Shown here piece after piece: positions 27,429 through 39,784 of a DNA stretch of 64,000 nt. The DNA is taken from positions 95,170,001 to 95,234,000 of the forward strand of contig NC_043001.1 of assembly GCF_006345805.1 (NCBI RefSeq), written 5' to 3'. The DNA comes from Octopus sinensis. Its lineage: Eukaryota. The notes beneath the pieces are model-generated. The model was not told where the DNA came from and did no database searches. It was given only the letters and a program-made list of their open reading frames with translations. How positions within the stretch are numbered: position 1 is the stretch's first letter; each line of letters begins with the position of its first letter. A program made the translations under genes and the position numbers.

Positions 27429-29765
27429 TGACAGGTAGACAATAGAATGCGATGGCGCTGGGGATGGCGATGTAATATTTGTTACTGTCCATGACAGACT
27501 TTACATTAAATAACGGTAGTTGCATTGTCAAATGAAGGGGAGTGACAGAGTACTGGAGGAAATAGGGTGAGGTAGGAAGATGGCCCCTAACAACCACACC
27601 TTTTAAGATAGGGATTTCTAAGGTAGCCCACGCGCATCGTCACCTCATTCTACATGTCCCTGTAAATTTTGGAGCGAATCGGACGGGATGTAGTGGCATT
27701 GAAAGCGAACCAAGCGGTAAAAACGCAATTCAGTTTTATATATAGAGATATAACAATTGCAGCGTCGAAGGTGTTTGTAAGCCATTTAAGAAACACACAA
27801 AGAGATGCAGCACGGATTTTTGCCAGTGAACAGGTCGCGGATTTTAGCGACGAAAATATTTTGATAAATTAAACTTAAATGTTGAAGTGTTATATGCAAA
27901 GTATTAAAGAGACGCTCAGAGAAGGAAAGAAAGAGGGGTCGTTTTATATTCCGAGCAAAGCTCTTCTTCAGAAACAGGAAACAGGAAATGCCAAAAGAAA
28001 AGGAATAGGAAAATATCGCCATACACACACACATATATATATATATATGAGCGCTATTGTTATCGAAAATACACAAGACTTAGATTTCCTGTCTCATTTT
28101 TATTTACCCCCCACACACACACACACACACAGTAGTGGGAATTTGGGCGGATATATTTTCTGGGCTGATACCGTGATTGCTCTCAGTTATGTTCACAGTT
28201 ACGTATATGAACATCGATTTATACCTAACTAGTATACGTTGTAACTCACGCTGTAAATTCCATCGATGAATACTTCTGTGTTCGGTTATCTGCACGGTGA
28301 TATAATCTGGAGTGTATATTAGCAATAATTATATAACAATATAGAATATGGAGATTTGTACTTATTTCGATGCCCGGTGGCATGCGCAACTGCACTTGTC
28401 GGTGGTTGGCAATTGGGGTTTCATTTTTTTCCGCGCTGAATAATTTGGAATAAATAAATAAATACTGAGATAAAAGCCTCACATTAAGAAATACCAAAGC
28501 TCACTTTGTTAAAATCGGTGGCGTATTTCTCCACATTTAGTAATTTTGCAGTATTTCGCCTACACAAAGTAGTACTTCAATCACAGTTTGAAGTCTTGCA
28601 GTCCTTTTAATATATATATATTTTTTCTCTTGCTAATAAACGATTGGTAGTATTACCTTCTAATTGTTCTCTCTAATTTATAAGGTTTTGCTTCCGGTTA
28701 AATTTAACATTTTCCATGGTTGCTAATCTTCAAAACATGTCCCATCTTCAAAACCTACAGGTAGTTCTGCAGCTTAAGCATTTTTCCTAAGACGATCTTA
28801 ACTAACGATGAGTATTTTTTCCAATAGTTTCACATACACTCTTATCAACTCCTATCCTCAACTTTAATCACCTTTCAGTATCCTTCATTTTAACTGTTGT
28901 CTGAAGTGAACTGGCTCTTTGGCCTATGGCCCTAGTATTTTCTTTCATGCTTTTCTCTCACACTTCTACGATTTCCTCTTGATCGTCATTAAGATTGATC
29001 ATATCAAACTGGCTTTTCTTTTAAATGTCAATATTTGTCGTTTTGAACTACATATAGTGTATTTGTCTTATTAGCTGAAGCTTTATCTTTATTCATCTGA
29101 CAGGGAGATATGTATTCTTGAGCTTCTAAGATGAATAGTTATTTTTCATTTTCCGATACACAATAACTACCACACAAACACCGGTTTAATGAGAGGAAGT
29201 ACGGCAACATCGTTTCAAAATTTCCGCGATTCATATTTAAGCTATCGCTGCTTCCTCAATTCCTGCATAACGTTCGATTTCTATATTTATATCGTCTGCT
29301 TTCAACACAAATTTACTATGGGATGTACTAAAACAATGATGGCCAGTCTTATACGCCTACATAGTAGAAAAATTAGGTGTCGAGTGTTTTTTATCAAACT
29401 TTAATTACATTGAAAACTGTTGTCAAATTTGATTTCTGCATATAACATAAACCGAACAGGTATTTCCGGATGAGACGTAGACTTGTACTTGCTGTCACCG
29501 TCACATTCAATACCCATGGTCGCAGGACCTTCACATCATTGTAACATATTTTACACAGAAGTCTAAAACCTCAAGTTCCTCATGTCTTTAAAACATGTCT
29601 GTTTTTGTAATTTCTTTCCTTATAGTTTCCATATAAGACCTAAATACTGGTCTTTTTGTCCTTTTGTTTTTTTCTATTTTTCAATATCTTACCTGTGGTA
29701 ATTATTTCCTTCTCGACAGACACCACGCATTCCCTAATAACTTCACTAATATTAATATTAAATAT

Positions 29766-29812
<47 letters not shown>

Positions 29813-29815
<3 letters not shown>

Positions 29816-29870
29816 GGTGCTCCAGCATGGCCACAGCTCATTAGCTGAAACTGGAAAAATCAAAATCAAA
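29813..29870 (+). mobile_element. Isolated SINE 3' end (probably family B)
   Basis: ggcggtgctccagcatggccacagctcattagctgaaac between (TA)n tracts. Recognised as a SINE terminus; not database-verified. Confidence 0.45.
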
Positions 29871-29873
29871 ATC

Positions 29874-29910
<37 letters not shown>

Positions 29911-30117
29911 ATATGTATGTGTGTGTATGTGTGTGTATTAAAATTATTCCGACAAATTCTAGTTATTTAATTTTAGTTTAACATGTCTTTATATAGGATA
30001 GAAATAGCAAAGGAAGTTCATATAATCTAGACCTGACATTTGGCAATATAATCGCGGTAATATGATATTGTATTTCTAGACTTCCTATTTCAGTAATATC
30101 GAGGAATATGTAGTCAT

Positions 30118-30290
30118 GAAAGACGTGTAGTCTAAATAATGTAATGCGTATGATTTACAATAAGAAGTGTAGATATTAATTTTAAGAATTTTTGATATTT
30201 AGTCCTATATGTACCTATCATGGATAATGTCGTTCAATATGTTTGAGTTGCTTCAGTGTGATTCTGTCTCTTAAACCTATCTATATATCT
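30118..30290 (+). mobile_element. Interspersed repeat ending in aaacctatct (same family as the inverted pair at 51735-52053)
   Basis: Colinear with 51921-52053 and with the reverse complement of 51735-51900. Confidence 0.55.
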
Positions 30291-30309
30291 ATATATGTAT
30301 TGTAGTACG

Positions 30310-32064
30310 TCTAATCCCTTTCTTACTGAGTATGATGGTTTCTTGCCTTCATGATTTGAGACAGGTTTTAACATCCAGTCATTACAGTTTTTTCAGTTAG
30401 GTGCCTAGGCCAATTTTGGCAAACTTCAGATCTATATCTGTCATAGGGTGGTTCATTCTATGCATTGACAACATTTGTTTGTTTTCTTTTCCATCAAGGT
30501 TACTTTATATCTGTAATTGACCAGTTAATGATATTGAAACTGTAAGTCACAGCTGGTATGACTAAAGTAGTGATCGCTTCGATCCTGCTACTTGCATTCT
30601 GCTCTGACTCGAGTATTGCCCTTTCTTTGTGATAACGTTCTCTGCTGCTCCCTTCCCACATCACTGAATGTTTGATTCCTTCCTCTTCAAATACCCCAGG
30701 TATTTGTAGCTATTCACTCGTTCTAATTCCTTCATGTCTTTCTGCTGGTCAAGATTAACATTGGATGTTTCTGTCATTTTCCCTTGAGGAAGGTAGCTTT
30801 TGCACATTTATCAAGGCCAAATTGCATCCTGATGCCATCACCGAATTGTTTAACACTCGCTCGTAAGTCCTGTAGTAGTTGTAATTTTTTTGCAAAGAGC
30901 TTAAAATTATTCATGGAAATAAGATGATTTATATTTTTATCACACTTTTTATAACTGTATTATACATCATGGTGCAATTTCGAGAGAGCAATTAACTACT
31001 AGTTGTAAACTAGGCCGATCTAATCGACTTGCCCCTTTTCCAAAAGAGTTGTGATAGAGAGTCACCCTGGAACATGTCACATGAAATTATTACATCTCCA
31101 GTATAGATTCCTTGTCACTGTTCAGTGTCAGTGTGGTTCTCCATGTTCCCATACTTACAGACAATAGCTTTCGTAGAGTATGTGCTATTTTATACAACTC
31201 CAGATATTTTTTATGTTGTAGACTATCAAATGTTATCTTATAGTCTATCCAGTCTATCAACAAGTTTTTGTGTCGTTTGTGACAATCTTCCAAGAATGCG
31301 TTATTGATGAGAAACTGATTTTTGCAACCATTGAACCCACGTTTTCATCCTTTATGCTCATTAGGGAATAGTCCACATTCTATTAAAAAAATATAAGTAT
31401 ATTCAGTCAAGACAGATTTTAGTGTTTTATACATTTTCGTTAATCGGTTCCTTAGTTTATAACTTTCTGGTTTATTTCTCTCTACAGTTCTTTTTCGGAG
31501 TAGGAATGTTACACCATTAGCTAGCCTAAGAGGAGGTCATACTAGGTTGCTGCAAAACATTGTTTTAATGGTTTGTTAACAGTTCATGGTTCTCTGGGAA
31601 GGCATTCAACCAGAAGTTAGGAATCTTATACTTTCCTGGTGACTTCCATTGCTTTGCTTCCTGAGAGCAGACCTTACATCATCTACCTTGGTACCCTATC
31701 ACTTTTTCTCTTCAAAGGAGTTTAATTCTCTAGATATTCTATCAATCCAAGGAACCTTTCGATTGTTTTTTTTTTCATCTGCCTAAATTTTATTCAAAAA
31801 TTCCAGCTCTTATTCTTTCGATGCTGTAGCTGATATTTTAGCTGATACTGTAGCTGATATTTTCCCTATCTTGTAAAATGCTTTTTTTTTTTAACATGTT
31901 GTCTTTGAAGAATCTAACGCGCTTTTCATTCCTTGCTATGCGGCCAGCTTTAGCACATACATTTTGCTTCATGGTTTCTATGGTGGTATTGGTATCAAAT
32001 ATGGTTTTCATATATTTTTTAGTTAATTTTCGGGTTTTTGTTGGTTCGATAGTCTTGCCAAAAT
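30310..32064 (-). mobile_element. Degraded R4/Dong LINE (family 1) RT-region fragment with deletions and a short SINE insertion near 30960-31040
   Basis: Reverse complement aligns with 46450-48220, e.g. EDCHKRHKNLLIDWIDYK, MKTIFDTNTTIETMKQ and ttgtcaatgcatagaatg. Confidence 0.85.
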
Positions 32065-32096
32065 TATCGAACCAACAAAATCCCGAAAATTAACTA

Positions 32097-32250
32097 TCCA
32101 CATCCAGCAGACTAAGGTGACATTGTTTACTCGTGTTGTTTCAAGAATCCTGCGAAGAATTCTTACAGTCCCAAGTAATGCGGTTTAATGGATGGATTCA
32201 AATATGGCGTTGTGGTTTAATGATGATTTCAGCAAAGTTCCATACTGTCA
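32097..32250 (-). mobile_element. 3' end of another REL-endonuclease LINE family
   Basis: Minus strand encodes TALLGTVRILRRILET, homologous to the C-terminal VLMGTAHILRKIL of the 47854-49119 ORF. Confidence 0.55.
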
Positions 32251-34255
32251 CTTTGTCACAGGAAAACCTACTTCAAACAGATTCATAGTCACAGGTATTC
32301 TGGTTGTTAATACTGTGGTTTTATTTGAGATGAACTGATGCAATATATAGTTTGCTCAAATGGTTCGACAATCGCGAGCAGATTCATTCAATACAAGCTG
32401 TTCACGTTAATATTCACCTTGCTTTATAGATATCGATTTCACTCACATATACCGTATATCTGCATGTGCTATTTTGACATACATGTGCTTCGTTTAAGTT
32501 TATGTATTTGACTCTCTACAGGAATTGTAGAAACATTCCAATACGTAACTAGAGGCATGTACCATCATATATGTTGAGTTCAGTTTTTGTTAAAATAGAA
32601 TCATGTCTAAAGTAGTCTCTAACGTAGATCTCTTGTACTCTTGATTACTTATTCTAATTTATTTCTTTTGGCGGTAGATTTATTACATATTTGTCCTTAG
32701 TTATAGATATTCTTGAAAATAATAAGTTAAATTTCTACTCTAAAAGTACAATTTGGCTTTTTTTAGGATTAATGTTTTAAAACTTTTGTTGAAAGTACTA
32801 TTAAAACGTTTTACACATTTTGTCATGATCTTCGTATTATTATTGTAATATGCAAATCATATAATACATTTATCTTATACTAGCCTGTATTTGTAAACTG
32901 AACATTCCGTTGTCACTATTCCCCAGCTTAATTGTAAATTCATTAGTGCAGTTCCACGTTTGAAAGATTCTATCTTTTTACAGTTTATAATTATTTCCTA
33001 GTACAATATTCCTCCTTATTAAAATACGCATACACATGATTAATATAAAATCATATTCTACTCTTCTTGGGAAATATTTGTGTAAGAGTACTTTTAAATA
33101 CTTTTTGAACTCATGTAACATTATGCTGGTGATTCCATATATATTTTTATAACGTATTGTTTTCTGGGGGTTTTCAGTCTACAACACTTTTATTTTTTCG
33201 TTTGCATCTCTAATCGTCACTTCCGCCATTTTCCTATGCAGTAATTTGTATGCCGCTTTTGCACATTATTTTTCGAATATTTTGCATGATTCTTCCGTAG
33301 ATTTCTTGTGTTCATGATTTCCTTTTCCAAATATCCAAATTAGCATTCTATGTCCATCCGTTTATCCTTCTTTTCATGTTTTCCTGTTGGTATTTCCTCC
33401 AATTTTCCAACGACATTTTGCTCTTGTTGTATTTCGCGTGTTTTGCTTTTTTTATCCAATTTACGAAGTGGCTATTATTTATTTTTCATCGTGATTTTAT
33501 TTTATTTGTTCACATTATGTTCTTCCAGCCGTTCTATAACTTCCCTTCATCTTTCCTTCAATTACTATTTGAATGACAGATTTATTTTGCGTTTCTTTGA
33601 TCTTCTTTTCATATTTCCTTTTTCTTGCTTCATATTTCTCAGATTATCTTTTAATTCTCCTTCTGTCGAACTAACCTCCATCTGCCTGTCATTTCGTATT
33701 CGCAATTGTCTCTCTTTTATTCCTGTAGTTACTTACATTATTTCTAATTTATTTTAGTAGTGTTTATTTTGTTCAAATCTTTATGGGAATGTTTCATTCA
33801 TACATCTCAATCCAGCTATTGAATCATTTGCTAATATAATCAACCTTTTATTTTCATGATATATATTTTGACCATTTCAATAATTCTATGTGCGTGCGAA
33901 TTCCAAGCTTATGCACTGATTTAACTCTTACTCTCTTCTAACTACTAATTTATATATTGATCATACTACCCTATTAGGCCCAAGGGATAGCTACAATATT
34001 TCAGGTTGTTACTGGATGGCTTAACTATTTATATGCCAGAAGATCAATGTTTCCACAATTGCTTATGCTACTTTTCTGATGTGTATTTTCTACAGTGACA
34101 GAACATAACTCTGCACATCTGATTTAACACATTTCAGATGATCTTCATTAGATTTTTTTTATATAATTAGTTCTGTCAATAACTACAATAATAATATTTG
34201 CATTGTATACTTAAACGACAGAGCATGGAATCGCTTAAAATAATAACACTGGTAA

Positions 34256-34873
34256 GGCGGCGAGCTGGCGGAAACGCTAGCACGCCGGGCGAAATGCTTC
34301 GCGGTATTTCGTCTCCCACAACGTTCTGAGTTCAAATTCTGCCGAGAATGACTTTCTCTTTCATCCCTTCGGGGTCGATTAAATAAGTACCAGATGCACA
34401 CTGGGGTCAATATAATCGACTTAATCCATTTGCCTGTTCTGGTTTGACCCCTCTGCGTGTAGCCCCTTGTAGGCAGTAAAGAAATAAGAAAAGTTAGGAC
34501 GCCAGGCGAAATGCTTAGTGGTACTTCGTCTGATTTCACGTTCTGAGTTCAAATTTCGCCGAGGTAGACTTTAGTTTCCGTCCTTTCGAGGTCGATTATT
34601 TAAGTACCAGTTACGCACTGGGGTCAATGTAATCGACTTAATCCTTTTGCCTGTCCTTGTTTGTTCCCTCTGTGTTTAGCCCCTTGTGGGTATTAAAGAA
34701 TAGGTATTTCGTCTGTCTTTACGTTCTGAGTTCAAATTCTGCCGGGGTTGACTTTGCCTTTCATACTTTCGGGATCGATAAATTAAGTACCAGTTAAGCA
34801 CCGGGTCGATCTAATCGACTTGCCCTCTCCCGAAAATTTTCAGGCCTTGTGCCTAGAGTAGAAAAGAATATTA
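34256..34873 (+). mobile_element. Head-to-tail trimer of family A SINEs (34256-34486, 34488-34702, 34703-34873)
   Basis: Three successive copies of acgttctgagttcaaatt...aagtaccag...aatcgactt. Copies 2 and 3 are progressively 5'-truncated, and copy 3 has a different tail. Confidence 0.85.
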
Positions 34874-36116
34874 ACACAGAGGTGCATCTAATTTAAAATT
34901 CTCAGCATTTTTGTACAATTGGAATGGCAGTTAATTTTCTCCTAGGAAAATCTTTCATAATTTGCTGTCTCTGATAGTTTTGTCTCTGAAAGAGTGCAGC
35001 CTAGTAAAAATTTACGATTATGCTGTTAAAGCTCTATTTCTTCCGCGATATTTTCATTAATTTTAGTATTTTAACAACTATTCTCCCTTTCAGATGCTTA
35101 TTAACACTTCAGCTTGATCTTCTTTTTGCTAGCGTTTACATGGTCTTTAATGCAGAGGATGATTTAACGTCAACATAAGGCTGAATATACAATATTTGTG
35201 GTCTAAATCCGTCATACAACAACTCTTCTTAATTATTTTCGTACTCCGTATAGGTGACATACTTCTTAGCATACGCTTGCTTTGTAATGCATAAGCATTT
35301 ATCATTCAGCTATAATTATGTTATTGAATATCATCAATTAAATTTAAATATTTTTTACCAAATAAACGTTCATGCGAATTTACACAGGACGTAATTTCGA
35401 AATATATTCTATATTTTTAAGAAAAATTGGTACCAATTAAGCAAAATTGGTACCAATTCCACTTAGATTTCGGTGCCTGTTTCTAATTATAACAACATAG
35501 TACACTCAATACATTATTCATATACTTAATTCATAACCATAGCAAGTCACTTCAACCTTTTAAACAGCAGGGAAATTTACGATCCCTTGCGTATGCTTTA
35601 ATAACTAGCACTATAATGTTATTAATTACAGCTTCTTTGGACTAACAATAGTGCACCGCTTTCAGTTCATCAAAGAAGATATTTCATGTCGTGCTAATGT
35701 TTCTATCCTCAATGGGTTACACACAGCAAGTAGTCGTTTAATCTTTTCATCGGTGCATTATACAATGAATTTCCAATAATAGAGAAAACTTCGCATCTCA
35801 GAAATATCCATAAAATATTGAAATTGTACTTTACTTGTCCTTTCGAGTTATCAACAGATAACTGTAATACAACACTTGAGAAGTAGCACTTTTATCTATA
35901 AACCCTACTGAGTTCGAGCATATGAATCAGCTACTGGTTCACTATTCTCCGGTCAGGGATATTCTAGGTGACATGAAATGACATTCTACCTTCTATTTTA
36001 AGACAGTCTCTAATTCGAGTGAGATTATATACAATGCATTAGAATATCAGTAAAGGGACATAATATAATTTGATTGAGATGTAAATGGTAATTTTGGGTT
36101 TATATATATAATATAT

Positions 36117-36194
<78 letters not shown>

Positions 36195-36254
36195 AGTGTG
36201 TGTGTATGTATATATATATATAATATATATATACACACATATATAATTTTTATA

Positions 36255-36537
36255 CACGTCTGTTGTCCCAGTTTTCAAAAAAGTAAACAACTCGCTTGCC
36301 GTGAATTACCGTCCAATCTCACTCACCTCTCATATCATTAAGGTATTTGAGAGAGTGCTGAGATCGTGTATGACTCACTTCCTTGAGAGTCATAATATGC
36401 TGAACTCCAACCAGCATGGATTCCGTAATGGAAGAGATTGCCTGACTCAGCTACTGCATCATTTTGATGACATTTTGAGAGCCTTGGGAGAGGGTTCCAA
36501 CACTGATGTCATCTGCCTTGATTTCAGCAAGGCCTTT
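36255..36537 (+). mobile_element. CR1/Jockey-group LINE RT fragment
   Basis: VVPVFKK...NYRPISLTSHIIKVFER...NQHGFRNGRDCLTQLLHHFDD...LDFSKAF. Same family as 15570-16500. Confidence 0.85.
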
Positions 36538-36990
36538 TATTTATTTAATTTTTATGCTCTGCAATAACTTAATTCCGAAACGTGCGTCCGTAGGTAACTT
36601 AATATAGAATGATTTTCGTCATTTCTTTCTCTTTTACCTGCGTCGTTTGTTTTTTAAGTGCTTTCGTTTTACTGGGATCTCCCTTTTAAGTAGAAAGACT
36701 AGCCAAAACTTTTTGACTGCTATTTCTAAATTCGGTGTGTGGTGAGGCAAATCGTTGCTGAACACTTAATTACTTAGTATATATATTTATATATATATAT
36801 TTTACACTTCTGCTTATGCACCTGATTTTATAATTATATTATAAAAAATATCTTTCTCATTTGCAGTAATGTGTCAGAAAACTTTTATTATATATAAGAT
36901 TATTTTACATGGGGGAAAACACATATAGCCAAGGCGAATTTACCTTTTCCACTGAAGCATATTAAATTCATATGGGTAAAAAAGGAATGT

Positions 36991-37028
<38 letters not shown>

Positions 37029-37168
37029 TACTACTACTACTATTGCTGCTGCTGCTGCTGCTGCTGGTGGTGTTACTACTAGTGTTAATGACAGTAATAA
37101 TAATAACTACAATTATTATTGGGAGTATTAATAATAATAATCATAGTATAAATAACAACAACAACAAC

Positions 37169-37216
<48 letters not shown>

Positions 37217-37217
<1 letters not shown>

Positions 37218-37678
37218 GAGAAACATTAAGCCCAATATTGCGGATATAGTTGTCAAGATTGAGAAATTAAGGCCAACATTCCAGTTGTCAAGACAGGAAT
37301 TTACGCCAAGAGACCGGATATAGTAAAGATATAGAAATTAATGCCAGTAGGCCATATATAGTTGTCAGGTGAAGAAATTAAGTGAAGTAAGCTGAATGTA
37401 AATGTCAAAATAGAGAAATTAACACCGATTGGCCGGATATAGTTTCAGAGATCTACAAGAAAAAATGCTTTGTAATCGATGTATCAGTACCCACAGATGA
37501 CAAGCTTTCGCTAAAAGAAGAGGGAAAACTTTCAGACTACAAAGATCTGGAAATAAAGGTGACTCGAATGTAAGGCCTAAAAAGAGAATTCCTTTTATAG
37601 TAGCGCATTAGGTATGATAAGAAAGAGCATAATACATAATACATAAAGGTAAAAAAGCGTTACTACTACTACTACTCA

Positions 37679-37716
<38 letters not shown>

Positions 37717-37830
37717 TCCCTTAGTAACTGACATACATAGCAAAGTTCATCAGGACATACAAGTATATAAAACAAAATTATAGCACTAATAGGCTCTGCA
37801 CAATTCCTACGTAAAACATTTTTAATACAA
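37217..37830 (+). mobile_element. 5'-truncated R4/Dong (family 2) endonuclease fragment with tandemly repeated 5' segment and internal (TAC)n
   Basis: REINTDWPDIVSE...CFVIDVSVPTDDKLSLKE...YKDLEIKVTRM and ALIGSAQFLRK are colinear with the minus strand of 56690-57020. Preceded by (TAA)n. Confidence 0.75.
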
Positions 37831-38590
37831 GCATTTCATGACAAGTACTAACGATCCTGCAAGCTCACGTCTTTATGTAAATACAATGGTAATACAAAAT
37901 GAATAAGAACAAGCGCAACATGCATGATGGTAATCGAAATTTGTTCCTTTTATTCCGCTTGTTATTTCTTTTGTTTCATTCCATTTTACGGTCTCATCAG
38001 TTTGGTATTTATTTTTATGTAGAATTAGGAAGAACCATATTGATAACGCAGTGTATAGTCCGTAGGAGAGTATCATTATTCAAACTAAATAATGTAGGCT
38101 TATGCTGCTTGGTAGTACTCTCTCAAATTCACTATCGTATATGGCACATAAATTGCAAATTGCCACATCTGTTAAACGTACCGATATTAAAGGTAAGGAA
38201 AAAAAATCAAGTGAAAGTATTCATTATCCCTTAGTTCCTATGGATAACATTTTTTCTCTCGTGATGCAATATTGTTAATTTGCTTCAAACGTATTTCTGT
38301 ATCAGTGATCCCCTTAATATTATTTTCTCTCGTTTTTGGTTAGTTTTCTCAGCATTGTTTCTATATCATTTAGGTTTACAGTGTCCCTGTTACATACTTA
38401 GCTCAAAATCAAAGATACGTCCCACAGGATTTGCCTGTATGTTATATTATCTCGAAACTCATTACACAATATTTAGAGGATATGAAGGGACAGAAGTAGC
38501 CTGTTTAATACTATAAGTATCTCAACAGCTGGGAATTTTATTGCGTAGTTTATTTCTTTCGTTGCATCAAACGACATAATCTAGTGATAG

Positions 38591-38792
38591 TACAAGTGTT
38601 GCTGAAAAGTTTAGGCGGATTAGTTAACAATGAGTCTATTTAATTTATTCCGTTCTCAGATTCACACATATACTTCTCGCAGGCGTTCTTCTCTTTTCCT
38701 TAGCCCTATAAAACAGCTCAGAAATTTCGGCCTGCAGCCACGCCTATGATGATATCCTTAAAGCCAGGAACGTCTCAACTCTCCCACCTATA
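38591..38792. mobile_element. Possible mariner-derived MITE (~200 bp, degenerate TIRs)
   Basis: Left end tacaagtgttgctgaaaagtt and right end aaagccaggaacgtctcaac...ta resemble mariner TIRs. The match is imperfect. Confidence 0.4.
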
Positions 38793-39720
38793 TTTTTGTG
38801 GCCGTCTTAGATCTCATCCATTCAGCCCCGAGTCTAGAAATCGAGAACGTAAAGAGAAATAATGAAATAGCTGGATAAATACCAATCATTTCTTCCAACT
38901 TATCTGCAATTTCATCAAACGTTTACCCCACAGTGTATGCGTCTAGTATAATCGATCTTTGTACTTTTTGCTTAACTCTATACTCCATATGCTGTCAGTT
39001 TCTAATATAGTTTTCTGAAATGCGTCTGCATATAAGAATAAACGTTCATATCTTCAAACAATCTTTCACGTATGAATTTGCCATACAATGGAATAAAATC
39101 ATAAACCTTAAATACAGATATTGCTGAAATAGCACTATTTTTTAAAGTTTTAGGCATAGACTTCGTATGTCCTGTATCGCTTTTCTCAGGGAAGAGCTAT
39201 ATTTTACTGATCGCTCTGCACCAGTCAATCTTGATTACCTGAAGCTGTGATTGAAATGTCCAGCTTCTAAACTTGCCATAGGCAGACAGCAGTCCCCGAA
39301 ATTTAATCAAAATCATGCCAACTAAAAGTAAAGTTACCCTATCATATTTTAGTGGTATGGCTAGCTTGATGATGAGCCATCTTTCATGAGGACATCTTCT
39401 CGTAAAACTTAGTTGATGCTTTTACTCATCAGTACTGTCATTGTTCTTGACCAGGTTTATTCCTTCTATAAAAACATACTTTACCACTGACGGTTTCTGC
39501 GATCCAAGTTCCATGGTCCTAACAGCAAGACAGGCTTTACCCTGGATCTTCACTTTCAGATTAAGTTACTTCATTGAGAGAATGCGTATCTGTTTAAAAA
39601 AGTTTTCTCAGACTAATTTCGCTTCTGACACGATCCTAAGATATCGATAATATCTATCTATCTATCCTATGTCTCTCTATCTTCCTCTCTCTTTCTTTCT
39701 CTTTCTCTCTCTCTCTCTCT

Positions 39721-39784
<64 letters not shown>

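Larger units (their letters stand above)
25749..27748 (-). mobile_element. Non-autonomous Helitron, 2.0 kb, canonical termini
   Basis: Minus strand starts A|TCTCTATATATAAAAC at 27748 and ends CTAG|T at 25749. A GC-rich hairpin (acccgc/gcgggt, 25762-25780) lies 9 nt before the CTAG. Insertion is between A and T with no TSD. Confidence 0.8.

Noticed and set aside
28620-29120. Possible RTE-like ORF2 relic on the minus strand
   Set aside because: Only a compositional resemblance; no recognisable RT or endonuclease motif.
33230-33760. Pyrimidine-rich segment that looks like a LINE ORF1/coiled-coil relic on the minus strand
   Set aside because: Multiple stops and no diagnostic motif, so the family cannot be supported.
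36560-36600. ccgaaacgtgcgtc, resembling a PLE hammerhead 3' half
   Set aside because: The upstream CUGANGA core and stem II are not recognisable. It is too degenerate to call.
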